DNA of 63,516 nt, the filler included. It is 12 parts of 12 records of this genome, joined end to end, with 100 filler letters (N's around TTAATTAATTAA, not from the genome) between each part and the next. Parts side by side here need not be neighbours in the genome. Positions count along the whole stretch, not along the records: positions 47,740 to 54,314 come from SRR15195285_389; positions 54,415 to 63,516 come from SRR15195285_391; 10 more parts are not named here. The stretch is one strand, 5' to 3'. The notes under the pieces are model-generated. The model did no database searches, was not told the origin of the DNA, and saw only the letters and a program-made list of their open reading frames with translations. Below are positions 50,843 through 63,327 of this stretch, one piece after another; the first letter of the stretch is position 1; every line of letters begins with the position of its first letter. The position numbers were made by a program, and so were the translations under genes.

Positions 50843-52503
50843 ATGGTCGAGCTGGGGGATGCCGAGGGCCTCAGCGGTACATCGCCGCTGGATGTTGATG
50901 GAATGGCAGAGGTTCGTTCTACGCGGGGGCGAGAGCCTATGTCAGTTGAAATCGTGTCCCGTGCATCGGAGATTCGTGATACTGCTAGCTTGCGGGATGC
51001 GATGGTGGTGTTCTGCGACCTCACCACTGTCCCGCTCGTGACTGCTGGGCTTGCGCACGGGGCAAAAGAGGCGAGGATACTGTCGGATGTGCAGACAGTC
51101 GCAGACTACGCTGCAGAGCACTTCCGATTCCCGACTCAGCGTGTAGTTGGAGGGACTGTGCCGGTAGTCGACCCGGACACGACTGACAGGGAGCCGCTGA
51201 GTGACCAGGAGTTTGCGGAAGTATCCGAGGCGTTTGTAGAGGCTTGCACAGAGAAGGAAACAGCTGACCGAGCGGTACAACGGTTGGCTCGAATCGAAAA
51301 ATTGCTTCAAAAATCGTTTGCAGCGCCCTACAAGTCGCTTGGCCGCCTCTCGAACCCAGCGCGGAGCACCGCGGCGTTGAAGAAGCAGCAGGCAGCTGCG
51401 GCGGCTTCGTTCGCAAACGCGTCCGTCACTGTTGCCAAACTCGAGCGGGTCGTGCAGACTCGCTCCAAACCTCGCGAGCCGATTCCTGCGGACTTGTGGG
51501 CAGAATGGCGGATGCCAGTAGCAACAAAGTACCACGCGCTGATGAGCAATCGTGTACTGCTGCTATCCGACACAGGTGGGGCTGCAGAAGCTCTGGCGCC
51601 ACTGGTTTCAGCGAAACGACTGGTCCTGTGCTGCTTCGCAAACTTAGACTCGGTCCGTGAACGTGTATTGGCCTGGTGGAGCTCTATTTCGACAATTGAT
51701 GCTCACCAACACCCAGACATCAACACTCGCGTCATACTGGTATGTGGCTCAGAGCCTGCAATACCGGCGAAGGAACCACGGGAGGCAGCTCTCACCGTGC
51801 GAGTCAAAGTCACCGTGCCGGTGGGGGCTACGGGAGGCAACACAATGAAGATCACGGCCAACGGAGGGATTAACCACGAGGTGACGATCCCAGATGGTCT
51901 CTCAGAAGGGTACGCGAACGTTCGGATCCAAGCTGGGGCCATAGTGGATTTGGCGTTGCGTTATGAAACCACTCAGAACGGGCTCCGTGATGACTGTTCC
52001 GTGCTGTGTTGTGCCGCAGGGAGCCATTCGACGCAGATATCCCGCTTCCGGGCGATGGCAACGTCACTGATAGCTCGACCCAGGGGCCGACGAGCAATGC
52101 CGAGCAGGATGAGGGCGGGCTCGCGCCTGCGGAACTACTGGCGGGGGTGTTGCTGTTCCAGCTTATGCAGTGTGCGGACGTCGAAATGTCTGACTTGAGT
52201 CCGGACGGGCTGACCCGTCATGCACTGCGCGCTGTGATTGAGGCGAGCAGGCATCCTGGCACGGCAGGTCGCGGTGAAGAAGGCCAAGAACAAGGCTGGG
52301 GGCGGTTGCGTGGCGTGCTGGAGCGCCAGGTTGTATGGCAAGGGTTGGCTGAGACTCAGGCTGACGTGGCGGAGCTGTGCGTGGTGGGACAGTACACTAC
52401 TGTGCCGTCATATGCTCAACGCGACGGCGTGTTCCGTGCGGATCCACTAGCTGGGATGAGCGTGGATCTACGGTTTGACGAATCGATTCGCCACAAGCTG
52501 TGA
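50843..52503 (+). CDS. Degenerate 2-phosphosulfolactate phosphatase (ComB)-fold protein with insertions, 2 exons
   Basis: Ordered ComB-like blocks MVVFCDLTTVPLVTAGLAHGA, RVLLLSDTGG...LVLCCFANLDSV, RVILVCG, AELLAGVLL and QADVAELCVVGQYTTVP. Intron 51910-52019. Confidence 0.6.
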
Positions 52504-52521
52504 CATGACGCGTGTTGAGAA

Positions 52522-52548
52522 AGAGAGAGAGAGAGACAGACAGAGAGA
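52522..52548 (+). repeat. (GA)n/(GACA)n microsatellite in a 3' intergenic region
   Basis: AGAGAGAGAGAGACAGACAGAGAG; a similar GA tract lies at ~31910-31930. Confidence 0.7.
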
Positions 52549-52929
52549 ATTGGTAGCGTATCGCGGATACGCATTGGATGTCTTTCTTCACTGTCGTCTC
52601 CCCATGGAACAGTGAAAGAACATCACTTTCTGTTCTGTATACCACCAAGCAAGCAATCACCATTGGCGTCGTGGGCATCGCAGTTGCCCGACAAACTTAT
52701 ATCGTCGTATTGGAGTGTCACAGTATGAAAGAATCACTGAGCTCTCGTGCGTCGGACTCCTCTGATCAGCTCAAGTCGACACTTCATTCAGAGCATCGTT
52801 AGTTTGTGAATTTGACCCACATTGTAAGATGCGGTCTGACGATATATTATGATTGTGGTGTGCACACGCCTTGAATGCACAGGCTGCAAGCTCTCGGCGA
52901 GTCTTGTCTGAATCCATCCTATGAATCTC

Positions 52930-54076
52930 TCATGCCTCCAGTACGATAGCCCCCTGGTTGCTCTCCTTTTCGTCTTGTGCAAGCGTCGGTTTTTCCCCAC
53001 CCTTCGCCTGGTCTGCAGCGTCTGAATCGGGACCTACATTGTTCTCTGTTTCCGCTCCCACCACTTCCGCTACAGGTTTTGCCAGGTCTTCAATATCAAA
53101 CTCTCTAGCTACCCCATTCTCATCAATAGCGTCGTGTAGATGGCAGGTTGATTTGGTTGGACACGCGGCACAGGTGTGTCCACAAGGCATTTCTGGATTC
53201 GTAGCAAGATGCTGCTCTAGCAGCTGCGAGGATAGCAAATGCAAGTGCATGAGATCCGAGTAGAGTGAATACGCACGAATCGGGGACCTCTCTCAGAGGC
53301 TTGTGCAAACAGATAATATGGATGCGGGAGGATCCCAAGCGCACCGGGGCGATCTCGGCCCATCGTGCAGCGAGCTCTGCCCCTGTCCGAGTCTCGAGCT
53401 CCTCCGGCACCTCCTTTCCTGCGGTAGTCGTTGCCGCACGACTCTCGATAGCCGCTGCATGCAGCTGGAAGGACTTTTTATCCCAGTCCTTCTCAGCGGC
53501 GCCATCTTTTGCCACCAACGACACAAGGGCCTGATCGGTTTCGCTGAGACCCGGCAGCTGCGGCGCATCGCCGCTGTCGAGGCAGTTCTCTGGGTGTGCG
53601 CCATTGGGCTGAGTGTCTGCCCCGCCGCAAGAACAGCTGTGCCCGGCGTCGTCGCCCTCTTCTGGCTTGGGCTTGTCTGTAAGTCTCAGCTGGTCGGTTC
53701 GTGCTGCCGCGTCTCGTCCGACATCGAGCTTTAGGGTCCATCGCCCTCGCTCTGGGAGAAACCCTGTGATCTCGCCACACATTCCCGCCAGCGGACCGCA
53801 GTCTGCACCGACGACCTCTACTCGGGCGAACGGCTCGAACGGTGTTCGCTCTAGCTGCTCCGCCTTTGCCGCGCACACGCGGCCGTCTGCCAGCTGCAGC
53901 GCCCAGCGCTCGCGATCGACCATGTATTCCTGCAGCGTGCCGAACAGCTTGCCCTGATACGAGACAAAGTCCCCCGGCCGAAGGGCAGCAGCAGCCGGCG
54001 CCTCCTCATCCGCCTGCTTCGGCCTCTCAACCGTCGCTTCCGGCTCCGGCTCCACCCCCTCTTCCGGCGTCGCCAT
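52930..54076 (-). CDS. Protein with two SH3/KOW-like beta repeats and a C-terminal Cys cluster, 2 exons
   Basis: Repeats GDFV...GTLQEYMVDRERWALQLADGRVCAAKAEQL and FARVEV...GEITGFLPERGRWTLKLDVGRDAAARTDQL. Intron 53344-53224. C-terminal PCGHTCAACPTKSTCHLH...DIEDL. Confidence 0.65.
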
Positions 54077-54697
54077 TCCTTCTTCCCCGGGGGCCGTGTC
54101 CAACTCCGTCCCGCTGAGCCTGCGATGCTACGCCTACTAGTACGGTGTGGAGCGGCGTGGCTGTGGCGCTCAGCCGCCGTGCTGTGTCGTCCACAGCCTG
54201 TGGACGACACAGCACGCACCCGCGGCAGCGGCACGGTGCCAAGCTGATCGTCAGACCCCCGGTAGATCTAGCTAGAAATTTCTGATTACAATCTCGTTTT
54301 AATGAATCCCGTAANNNNNNNNNNNNNNNNNNNNNNNNNNNNNNNNNNNNNNNNNNNNTTAATTAATTAANNNNNNNNNNNNNNNNNNNNNNNNNNNNNN
54401 NNNNNNNNNNNNNNACCCGGCCGGTTTCCGGGGAGATCGCTGACCATGCTTCCTCTCTGAGGAATGCGGGCGCGGCACCCGCCACTGATCTTCGCGCGAG
54501 TCATTTTCAGCCCGCGCGCGGACGACCACGCGACCCCGCGCGCGCGGACCCCTCCGCCGCGGCGCGGGCGGCGCGCGGACGCGCGCGCATGCATGCGGAG
54601 TCCTGTGCGGAGTCCCAGGTGCGCCATACGCACTGCCAGGTACAAGTTAGTGTACAGTCCCGGTACAAGCTACGATCGCGCTACAGCAGATCTAGGC

Positions 54698-54715
54698 GCT
54701 AGCTAGCTAGCCCGG
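54698..54715 (+). promoter_or_regulatory. Candidate upstream element GCTAGCTAGCTAGCCCGG (copy 2)
   Basis: Identical to 17923-17940; upstream of the ABCA ATG at 54794. Confidence 0.4.
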
Positions 54716-54793
54716 TATCAGCGGTCCGTCGATCAGCTCGGCCCTCTCCGCGCGGCGCTGCGCAGGACTCACAGCGGGCTGAGCTGCTGCGAC

Positions 54794-57700
54794 ATGTCAC
54801 GTTCCACCGGCACGATCCAGACCGCCAGCAGTACCACCGACCAGTCGATCGAGACAAGGCACCCCAGTGCCATCATGGTAACGCAGCAGTCTGAGCCGCG
54901 GGCTCCGATGCGCCGCTCGTGGCTGGGGCAACTCGCCGAGATGCTGCGCAAGTCTGCGCTGATCAAGAAGCGCCGTCGGAAAGCTACGTTGCAAGAGCTG
55001 GGATACCCGGCCTACTTTATCATGATCCTGTGGCTCATCAAGACGTCGCTCCCAGGGGGCGTGGACTACCCTGCCGCGATTTTCTCGTCGTCGGTGCCGA
55101 TCGAACAGCCGGGGCCGCTCACGTGCCGCTGGCACACCCCGAGCCATGGCAGTTTCATCCCAGGCTGCGACAGCACCAACGCCACCGCCACTGGAAGGAA
55201 TGGAACGTGGGGCGGCAGTGTTTCGTTAGGGTACGTGAACACAAGCGCACCGGCGGAGGTGCTCGCACAAAAAGCAGTCGCGGCGCTGGGCCCCCGCGCC
55301 AGAGCTATCGGGTTCACGTCAACAGCAGCTATGGAGTCCTATGCACTGGCTCTGCAAACCAACGACGCGGCACAGCTGGACGTGGCAAAGCTGTTCTACG
55401 GCGTGGAATTTTCGGACGACACGCTGAGTTACACGTTGCGCTTCATGCCACAGCCACCTGGAGTTGGCGTCCCTGCCGCTGTGGCTGGCACTGTGTTGGA
55501 TGCAACCGATTGTCGACCGTACTGGAAGCAGTTCGACAGGCCTGGCACCAGCAGTGCTCAGGGACAGGGCACTTATAGCCAAGGCAACACAGAGTTGGAA
55601 TCCGCGCTACCCACAACTTGTGCATCCCTGAAATACCTCACGGACGGATTTCTTGATCTGCAAGTCGCGCTCGATCGAGCCGTGCTACAGTCAAAGCTAG
55701 GTGAAACAACGAGCTTACAAGTGCAGGTGCAGCCCCTACCTAGGGTCGGCTTCCAGACAAACTTTGCAAGCCAATCAACAGCTCTTCGGTCGATATTCTC
55801 GATATATCTTGTGCTCCCTCTGACCTCACCAGTTCGTTGGATGATCACCTTTTTGGTCGAGGAGAAAGAGCAGAAAATCAAAGAAGGAATGCTCATGATG
55901 GGTTTGCACTACTCTGTTTTCTGGGCAGTGAGTACACGATACTTGCGCTTGCTCAGTTTACTCGCACTTTTTCTTTTCCCAGCTGACACGCCGCTACTGT
56001 GCCTCTGCGCAGTGTTGGGGGATCACGTACGCGATTGTCAGCGGGATCATCAGTCTTGTCGTCGCAGCAGCCATGCACTTAACCGGCATGCTTGTTCAGA
56101 GCTCGCCGGTTGTAGTCTTCATTTTGCTCTGGTCGTATGGAATTTCGACCATTCCGTATTGTTTTGCTATGTCAACGTTCATTTCCAATCAACGCACAGG
56201 TGGGCCACTCGCGAACATGCTCGTCAACCTGTTCGCGCTACCGTTCGTGTATGTTGTGGCGGTCCACGGCACAGACGATGCGCTCTCTTCCGCTGAGCTC
56301 TGGTTGTCGTCGTTGCTGTCTCCACTGGCGTTCTGCCTAGGCATGGATGCCGTCTGGACATTTGATGGGGGTTATGCAGGCTCTGAGGGCATGAATCTTT
56401 CTACCATTAACGTTCCGGGACCACTCGGTTTCAGCATGCTCGACTCGCTAAAGATGCTGTGGTTGGATACCCTCTGGCTCAGTCTGCTTGCACTGTACCT
56501 GGATTCTGTTGTGCCGCAAGAATTTGGAAGTTATCTGCCCCCGAACTTTCTTTGCACCTCGCGATGGTGGACTCACCGCTATCACCAGTCGCTTTTCCGC
56601 GAAGAAAAACGGGACCTTCATGAGCCGCTCTATGGCTCTCACGAAGGCTCTGCATTGGAGGTAGCCGACGAGGACGACGACTGTGCTCGCGAGGCCGTGG
56701 ACGAAGATGCCGAGAGCACCAACGTTGTAGTGCACTTGCATCGCGTGACGAAGATCTTCCGCAAGCAATGGCTGCGTGAGTCCGACGACGACACGCTCGC
56801 TGTAGATCGTGTCAACTTAAACCTGGCCACAGGCGAGATATTTTCACTTTTAGGTCACAATGGTGCCGGCAAGACGACGCTGATGGGAATTATGACTGGG
56901 CTGCATGAGCCAACATCTGGCAGCGCAAAAATCCATGGTTTTGACGTGCAGCATGACATGACTGCAATCCGACAGGCACTCGGCGTATGCCCTCAGCACG
57001 ACATTTTGTTCGATGACTTGACCGTGTTTGAACACATTCGGCTGTTCGCGTCGATCAAAGGTGTTGCAGGGTCTCAGATCCAGGAGCAGGCAGAGAAATG
57101 GCTAGCAAATCTAGGGCTTATGGAGAAGCTACATGCTGTAAGTTTGCATAGTGCTGGTGGAAGTATCCTATCTGCATGCTCTGACAACCAGCAGCTGGTT
57201 TCTCACGGGAGCTCCGTGTTGCACAGATGGCAAATACGTTAAGTGGCGGGCAAAAACGTCGGTTGAGTGTTGCTCTTGCCATGATTGGTGACCCGACGGT
57301 TGTAGTCCTTGACGAACCGACGACAGGGCTCGATCCAGGAGCGAGGAGGGAAGTGTGGGGTTGCCTGAAAGAAGCACGCCGCGACAGGCTGATTGTTCTG
57401 TCGACACACTTCATGGACGAGGCGGATCTTCTTGCGGATCGCAAGGCCATTATAGCACATGGCAAACTTCGATGTGTTGGATCGTAAGAACTGCTATCTG
57501 CTGCCGTGTCCTGGCTGGTTTGAGCCGTTGCCGTATGCTGAATGTTTTGAGGAGGCACTGCTGACTACTTTGCAACTGTTTGCGTAGGTCGCTATTTTTG
57601 AAATCGCACTTTGGACTTGGTTACTCACTCGAGCTCACCAAAACCGATAGCTCGACTCCAGTTGCACCTATTCAGCAGGTGGTTGCATACTACGTGCCAA

Positions 57701-60700
57701 ATGCGAGCTTAGCTGCAGAGACTGCGGCGACCATCGAGTTCACACTACCTGTGGATGCGATCTCAAAATTTGCCACTCTCCTTGCCAAACTTGAATCCGA
57801 GCTGGTGGCATTGCGCTGCAAATCGTATGGTATCAGTGCTGGCAGTTTGACGAGTGTCTTTATGAGATTTGCCGACGGCGGAGATCTGGCAGGTGCTGCG
57901 ACCAGTAACGTAAGCGGCAGGCCTGCTGAAATCGAGCCGACATACGAAGACATCGACGGTCCACTTAGTGCACAGCCGACTGCTGCACCGAGTGTCCTCG
58001 TTCAGCTAAAGGCCATGATTTACGCAAAATCTGCGATTACTATGAAGAACAAGAGGGCGTTCATGTTCGCTATATTGCTGCCTTTGGTCCTCATCTTCCT
58101 GTCGTCAAGAGTTGGTAAGCCCGGCAAAATGTTGCTTCCACAGGATCAGAGCTTGACCTTTCTGCCAGATGCTCTTCGTGGGTCGATCAAGGACACACTG
58201 CCAATCGCGCTGTCACAAACCGCGCAAGACGAGTTTGCCCATGTGCAGAAATGGTTAGAGGAAAGTACTGGCTTGCAGGTCGTTTGCTACGATGGTTCAG
58301 CTACCTGCTCTCGTGCGACCGGACAACAAATTGCCACGAGCTACCTTAACAGTGATCGGCAGCGCCAAAATTGGGGGGCTGTCGTCTTGTTCGAGCACAC
58401 GGACGTGCACCACGTTAAAACAGAAAGCACTTGGCAGTACACAATCATGCCCAACCTTCTGGAAGTCCATGTGCTGCCCACAATAACAAATCTGATCAAC
58501 AGTGCGATCCTCAAATCCGACGCCAATACGCAAAGTCTCGACCTGAAGGCGACATCTCGTTCCTACGCTTCAAAGCCAAGCGATCAGCTGCCGTTCAGCT
58601 CTGGAAACATTTTTTTCGCGATCGCATTAGCAGCTCCAGCTACCACGTTCGTGGCTTTCATCGTACGTGACAAGGAGCTGAGGACTCGCCATCAATTGAG
58701 TGTGATGGGTCTGCCTTCGTCGGTCTACTGGTTGGGGGTGTTTGTGCACGACAGCTGCTTATATTCCGTCACAGCCCTCGGCTCGATCGTCATCATGGTC
58801 TTAATGGGAACGGAACCGATGGGAGGGCAGGCGCTTGGGCCATATACAGTTCTGATCTGCCTCTTTGTTCCGACGATGGTGCTTTTCTCGTACATGCTAA
58901 GCTATCTGTTTAAGACACATCTCCTCGTCTACCAGACTGTTCCGCTTTTTCTTCAGCTTACTACGATAGGTGCTCTCGTCGCATCCTCTGTGCTGCTGGC
59001 GCTGCCAAGCACGCATGACACGGCAGTAACGCTCAACAGAATTTGCATGTTTCTGCTCCCACACTACACGGTAGTTGGAGCGTCGACATTCATGCAACAG
59101 CAATATCTAGAGGACAAGCAGCTTGGCCGCGAGAGCTCTTACTGGGAAAACGATCAAGTCCAGCAAGCATTGGCAGCTTATGCAATAATGATACCCGTAT
59201 TTTTTGCTTCTCTTGTAGCACTGGACAGGCGGAAAAGTTGCAGCCGACAGAGCGTAGATATTACCAACAGCTCTGCAGACACAGCTTCTGAGGTAGATGC
59301 AGATGTGCAGGCAGAGGAGGCTCGAGCAAATGACCCGTCAACGTCGTACGCGATTCGAGCTCGGAACCTGCACAAGTCATATGAAGTGGCCGACAAAGAC
59401 AAGAGCAAGGGCAAAAGAAGGCTCATGGCAGTGAATAACCTATCTTTAACTGTGAGCGAGGGCGAATGTCTCGGATGTGAGTCGACCACAGTCACTGTGC
59501 AGTCGTGCCACTACAATCGCGGGGTGTCTTGTAAAAATTAGTTCTAATTGAGACCTGTCGTCTCCGTGCAATTTGCAGTGCTGGGTCCGAATGGGGCCGG
59601 GAAAACGGTATGCATACCAATCACCTCCTCTACAGCATGCATCTACAATGCTGTGTACTAATTGTGTTTCTCTATCCATATGGTGTACTATGCAGACCGC
59701 AATTCGTATGCTCACTGCAGAAGAGTCAATTGGTGGAGGTGAGGCTTACGTAAACAGCTACAACGTTGCAACAAAGGCTCATCGGTGCTGGCAGAGTCTT
59801 GGCTTCTGTCCGCAGCATGATGCCCTATGGCCTGAGCTTACCACGCGGCAGCACCTCGAGCTGTACGCAGCGGTTAAAGCAAGTCCCCCTGGTACAGCCG
59901 CTAGGATGTTGCAGTTGTTGGACCTAGCGGATCATGCCGAGAAGTTGAGCAGCGAACTCAGCGGTGGAAACCGCAGAAAACTGAGCGCTGCAATCGCTCT
60001 GGTCGCGCAACCAAAGGTGTCGTTTCTTGACGAGCCGTCCAGCGGGTAAGCCACACCTCTCCACATTATTGCCGGGCGTCTCTAGCGGGCAGTATCGCCG
60101 TGTTAGATAGTGGATGCTTGTGATTTGTTGCTGGAGTGTCTCGATTAGCGTGCATACGTTTTAGGCTCGGCAGTGGAAAACCAATTTGCCTTTCTGCTTT
60201 GGTGCAGTATGGACGTTGCAACACGAGAACACATGTGGCAAGTGATTTTGAGAAGCCTTCGAAACAGCTGCGTGGTTCTCACAACGCACAGTACCTACTC
60301 CGTACTAAATTAGTGTACAACTCTTCCTGTATCCTCTCTCTGTGTCACTCTTATACACTAATGTTGGAGCAGGTATGGAGGAGGCAGATGCCCTGTCGAC
60401 TCGCATTGCGATCATGACCAACGGTAAGATCCGCTGCATTGGCAGTTCACAAGAGCTCAAAGCCAAGTACGGCCAGGGGTACCAGCTGGAATTACAGCTA
60501 CGCTCTATGGCGATGATGGAGACAGTCGTGCGATTCGTCAAGGAGCGATGGTCCGGAGAGCTCACCGAGAGTTTTGGCAACCGTCTGCTTTTCACACTGC
60601 CTCCAGCAGCACCTGGTGAACCCTTAGTTGCTTCCGGGCTGTTCGGTGAGGTGGAGACCGCGCGGAACGAGTGGGGTGTTGTGGAGTACGCTGTATCGCA

Positions 60701-60761
60701 GCCAAGCCTGGAGCAGATATTTTTGAAGTTTGCGCAAGACCAGCGGCCTGCAGAAGACTAA
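54794..60761 (+). CDS. Full-length ABC transporter, subfamily A (ABCA), 8 exons
   Basis: Two TMD+NBD halves. Walker [10 protein letters not shown] and GPNGAGKT|T; signatures LSGGQKRRL and [17 protein letters not shown] and [16 protein letters not shown] and TTHS|MEEA; terminal SQPSLEQIF. Exons 54794-55927, 56013-57137, 57227-57483, 57588-59476, 59579-59607, 59696-60045, 60208-60290, 60373-60761. Confidence 0.95.
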
Positions 60762-61115
60762 GCCAGTTTTAGTAGCGCGCAGAAAGAGCGCACTGCACGT
60801 GTATTGGTGAGCGAAATTGAGATTTCAAACTACAGCTTGATTATCAGGTGTTTTGTATAATTGCTACTTTCTTCGACTCTATTTAAGTGGGCACGAGCAC
60901 TGCTTTGCGCTTGTTGTTGATGGTCCAACGGTTCCGCATCGACTCCTCGCGACGCGTCTCGATACCGTTGGCTCGGAGCGCAGCACGCACAGTCGACTGG
61001 GCAGATACCGACGCCTGGACCACCAAAGGGACAGCCACGCACGCAATTAGCGAGAATTCGTTTTCTTCTTAAGTCAAACCAATTCTCCGTAAATGTGCAT
61101 GAGCCAGACAATGAG

Positions 61116-63327
61116 TTACTGCGGAGCAGAAGTGTCAACACGTGCCTCTAGCAGGCTCCACTTGGCAATATCGTCGTTCCAGACCTCTTTCACGCCGTAT
61201 TTCTCATCTGCATCAGCGAGAAAACTTTCCCACGCCTGCCTCTTTGCGCCGGGGCCACCAGTAAACACGATGGCAGAGTCTAAATCGAGTGTTTTGATCG
61301 CTATCGGGATACTCTCGGTGTGTGGATGGCCGTGATTATCGGCGCACGCCGGCGAGGGGCAGGTAAAGTTAAAAGTATGGTCAGGTGGTTGGGTATGCCC
61401 CAAGCGGTCAATAAACTGACCAGCGCCGTTGCTTGCTACGAACACATTGTGTGTCAGTGCGTAACCTTCGATAGGCAGGCCGCCTTTTCCTGGCCACAAT
61501 GACAACCCAAATTTTGCTTCTGTGAGAGCTGTGCGCTATGCTTTATATAGACATCGATCAAGCAAAACGGCGTTGCGTACCCGCCGACGGCCACAGGATC
61601 AGTTCAGCTGCCTGAGAGGCAGCTGCGTGCCATACCTGTTCCGCGCAATATTAGATCGACTCCTGTTGTTAATAAATACTGCTATCTATCTCTGGGTGTT
61701 TCCCTAGTGTTGAACGGAGCAGATAAGGTACCTCTGGAAAATCGAAATCCCAACAGATCAAGATAGCCACGCGACCAAAGTCCGTCTGCACATAATCAAA
61801 CGCATATCAGCTGTCATACCTGTGTCACGGCAGACAGGCTCATTGGTGACAAATTGCGCCCCTCACGTCAAAAACAGGCACCCCAAGGTTGCCGGGCAGC
61901 ACTCCTTCATTGACCTCGCCGGTCGAGGGAGGAAAAATCTCCGCAGTGGGGAAGGTTTTCCGATACTTTCCAACCTGCCTGCCAGCACGATCGAGCAAAA
62001 TTGCGGTGTTGTACATCGGACCAGCATCCTGCGAAGCTTCGGCGCTCACCAGTTCGTAAAATGGGCAGACCACGTAGGCGTTCGTCATGCGCGCCGCACG
62101 AGCACAGGCGGTGGCATGCGGCCCACGACAACTGTTGCCATCATCGCCATCAGTCCCGTCGCAGACCTCAGCGTTCGAACCGTTGTATAAAAAGCATTCT
62201 GGGAAGAGGATCGCGTCCAGGGGCACACTGGATGCCTGCCTTGCGGCCAGCGCGAGCGAGACCGCGGTCTCATCTGTCATCGAGTAACGGTTCGCAGCGC
62301 CTGAGATGATGTTGGCGATGACTGCCTTGCGTGGTGGCGCAGCGCTCGATGGTGGCGTCGTATGTGCGAACAACTGTGCGTCCAGGTAGTTCGGCGCGTC
62401 TGAAGAGAGCGAATTGCTCGCTGTCTGACTCGGTGGCAGCCGATCCAGCTGCAAACGCGCCGACGCGCCGGCTAGCAACACCTCACACGTAGCATTGGCA
62501 TCTACTTCTTCTGTGACACCACGGGGAGACGGAACGACGGAGCAGGTGGAGGGCAGCAGCGAAGCCTCCTCTGCTGGTGGCACTGTGGCGGCGTTGCCTT
62601 TCCATGGGTCCGCGATCGAGCTGCGCCCCTGCTGCGGTTTGAAGTTTTCGCGCTCAAATCCTAGTGCAAACTCTGCAAGCTTCCCTGGGCACGTGCCGTT
62701 GTGCCGGGGATCGTACGAAGAATTGAGGAAGCAGTTGGCTCGAACCCTATCGCATAGATTCATCGTGAGCGGGATCGCCGCCGTGTAGTTCGCGATGAAC
62801 GAGGGCATCTGCAGCGCATGCTGGCGCAGCGCATCGACAAGCGCCTGCTCGCCAAACTGCGCATTTAGGAACGCGAAAGCCCAGCACTTGCGTCCGAGGG
62901 TGTCGGGCGCCTCGATGCGGACACCCGGCTGCCGAGGCATGTCGTAGTACTGCACCTGGAAAACCAGCCAGGTCCAAAAGAAGTTGCCCGTCGTTGAAAC
63001 AGCCGCCGTCTGCATGGTGTTCAGCCAACCGACGGTGTCTCGTGCATACGTGGTGTTCAGGCACGCGTCAGGGCTCTTCAGCGCCACAAGGATCTGTACC
63101 ATGTACACGGCCTGGCTGGGCCAATCTGTCGCAGCACCGTTCCGCTGGAAGTCGCCGCACCACGAGGTGTTGGCCTGCGTGAGCGACGAGCAGAGCATCT
63201 CCCGAGATTTCTCTAGCTTCGCATCGGACGCCGCGCAATCGCTCCCGCCGCCACTGCCACCGCTCACGGCTGCCGCGAGCAGGCCTAGCTGGAGCAGCAC
63301 CAGGCGCGAGCGACGTGCCACCATCAT
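61116..63327 (-). CDS. Secreted carbon-nitrogen hydrolase (nitrilase superfamily) with an unknown Cys-rich N-terminal domain, 4 exons
   Basis: Signal peptide RLVLLQLGLLAAAVSG. Catalytic triad E (ILFPECF), K (GKYRKTFP) and C (AILICWDFDFPE, in a small exon). Exons 63327-61867, 61785-61732, 61635-61581, 61489-61116. Confidence 0.85.

Noticed and set aside
5482-54414. Regularly recurring TTAATTAATTAA flanked by N runs, superficially a repeat or CRISPR-like array
   Set aside because: It is an artificial six-frame-stop contig spacer. ORFs ending in X...LIN and gene neighbourhoods across spacers are artefacts.
54794-60761. ABCA gene appearing frameshifted or fragmented in the ORF track (same for the aminoacylase and sulfotransferase)
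   Set aside because: Every break is explained by a canonical GT-AG intron with correct phase. These are not pseudogenes, recoding events or an alternative genetic code.
60762-61115. Short ORFs between the ABCA and nitrilase genes
   Set aside because: No motifs in any frame examined; this is convergent 3' intergenic sequence.
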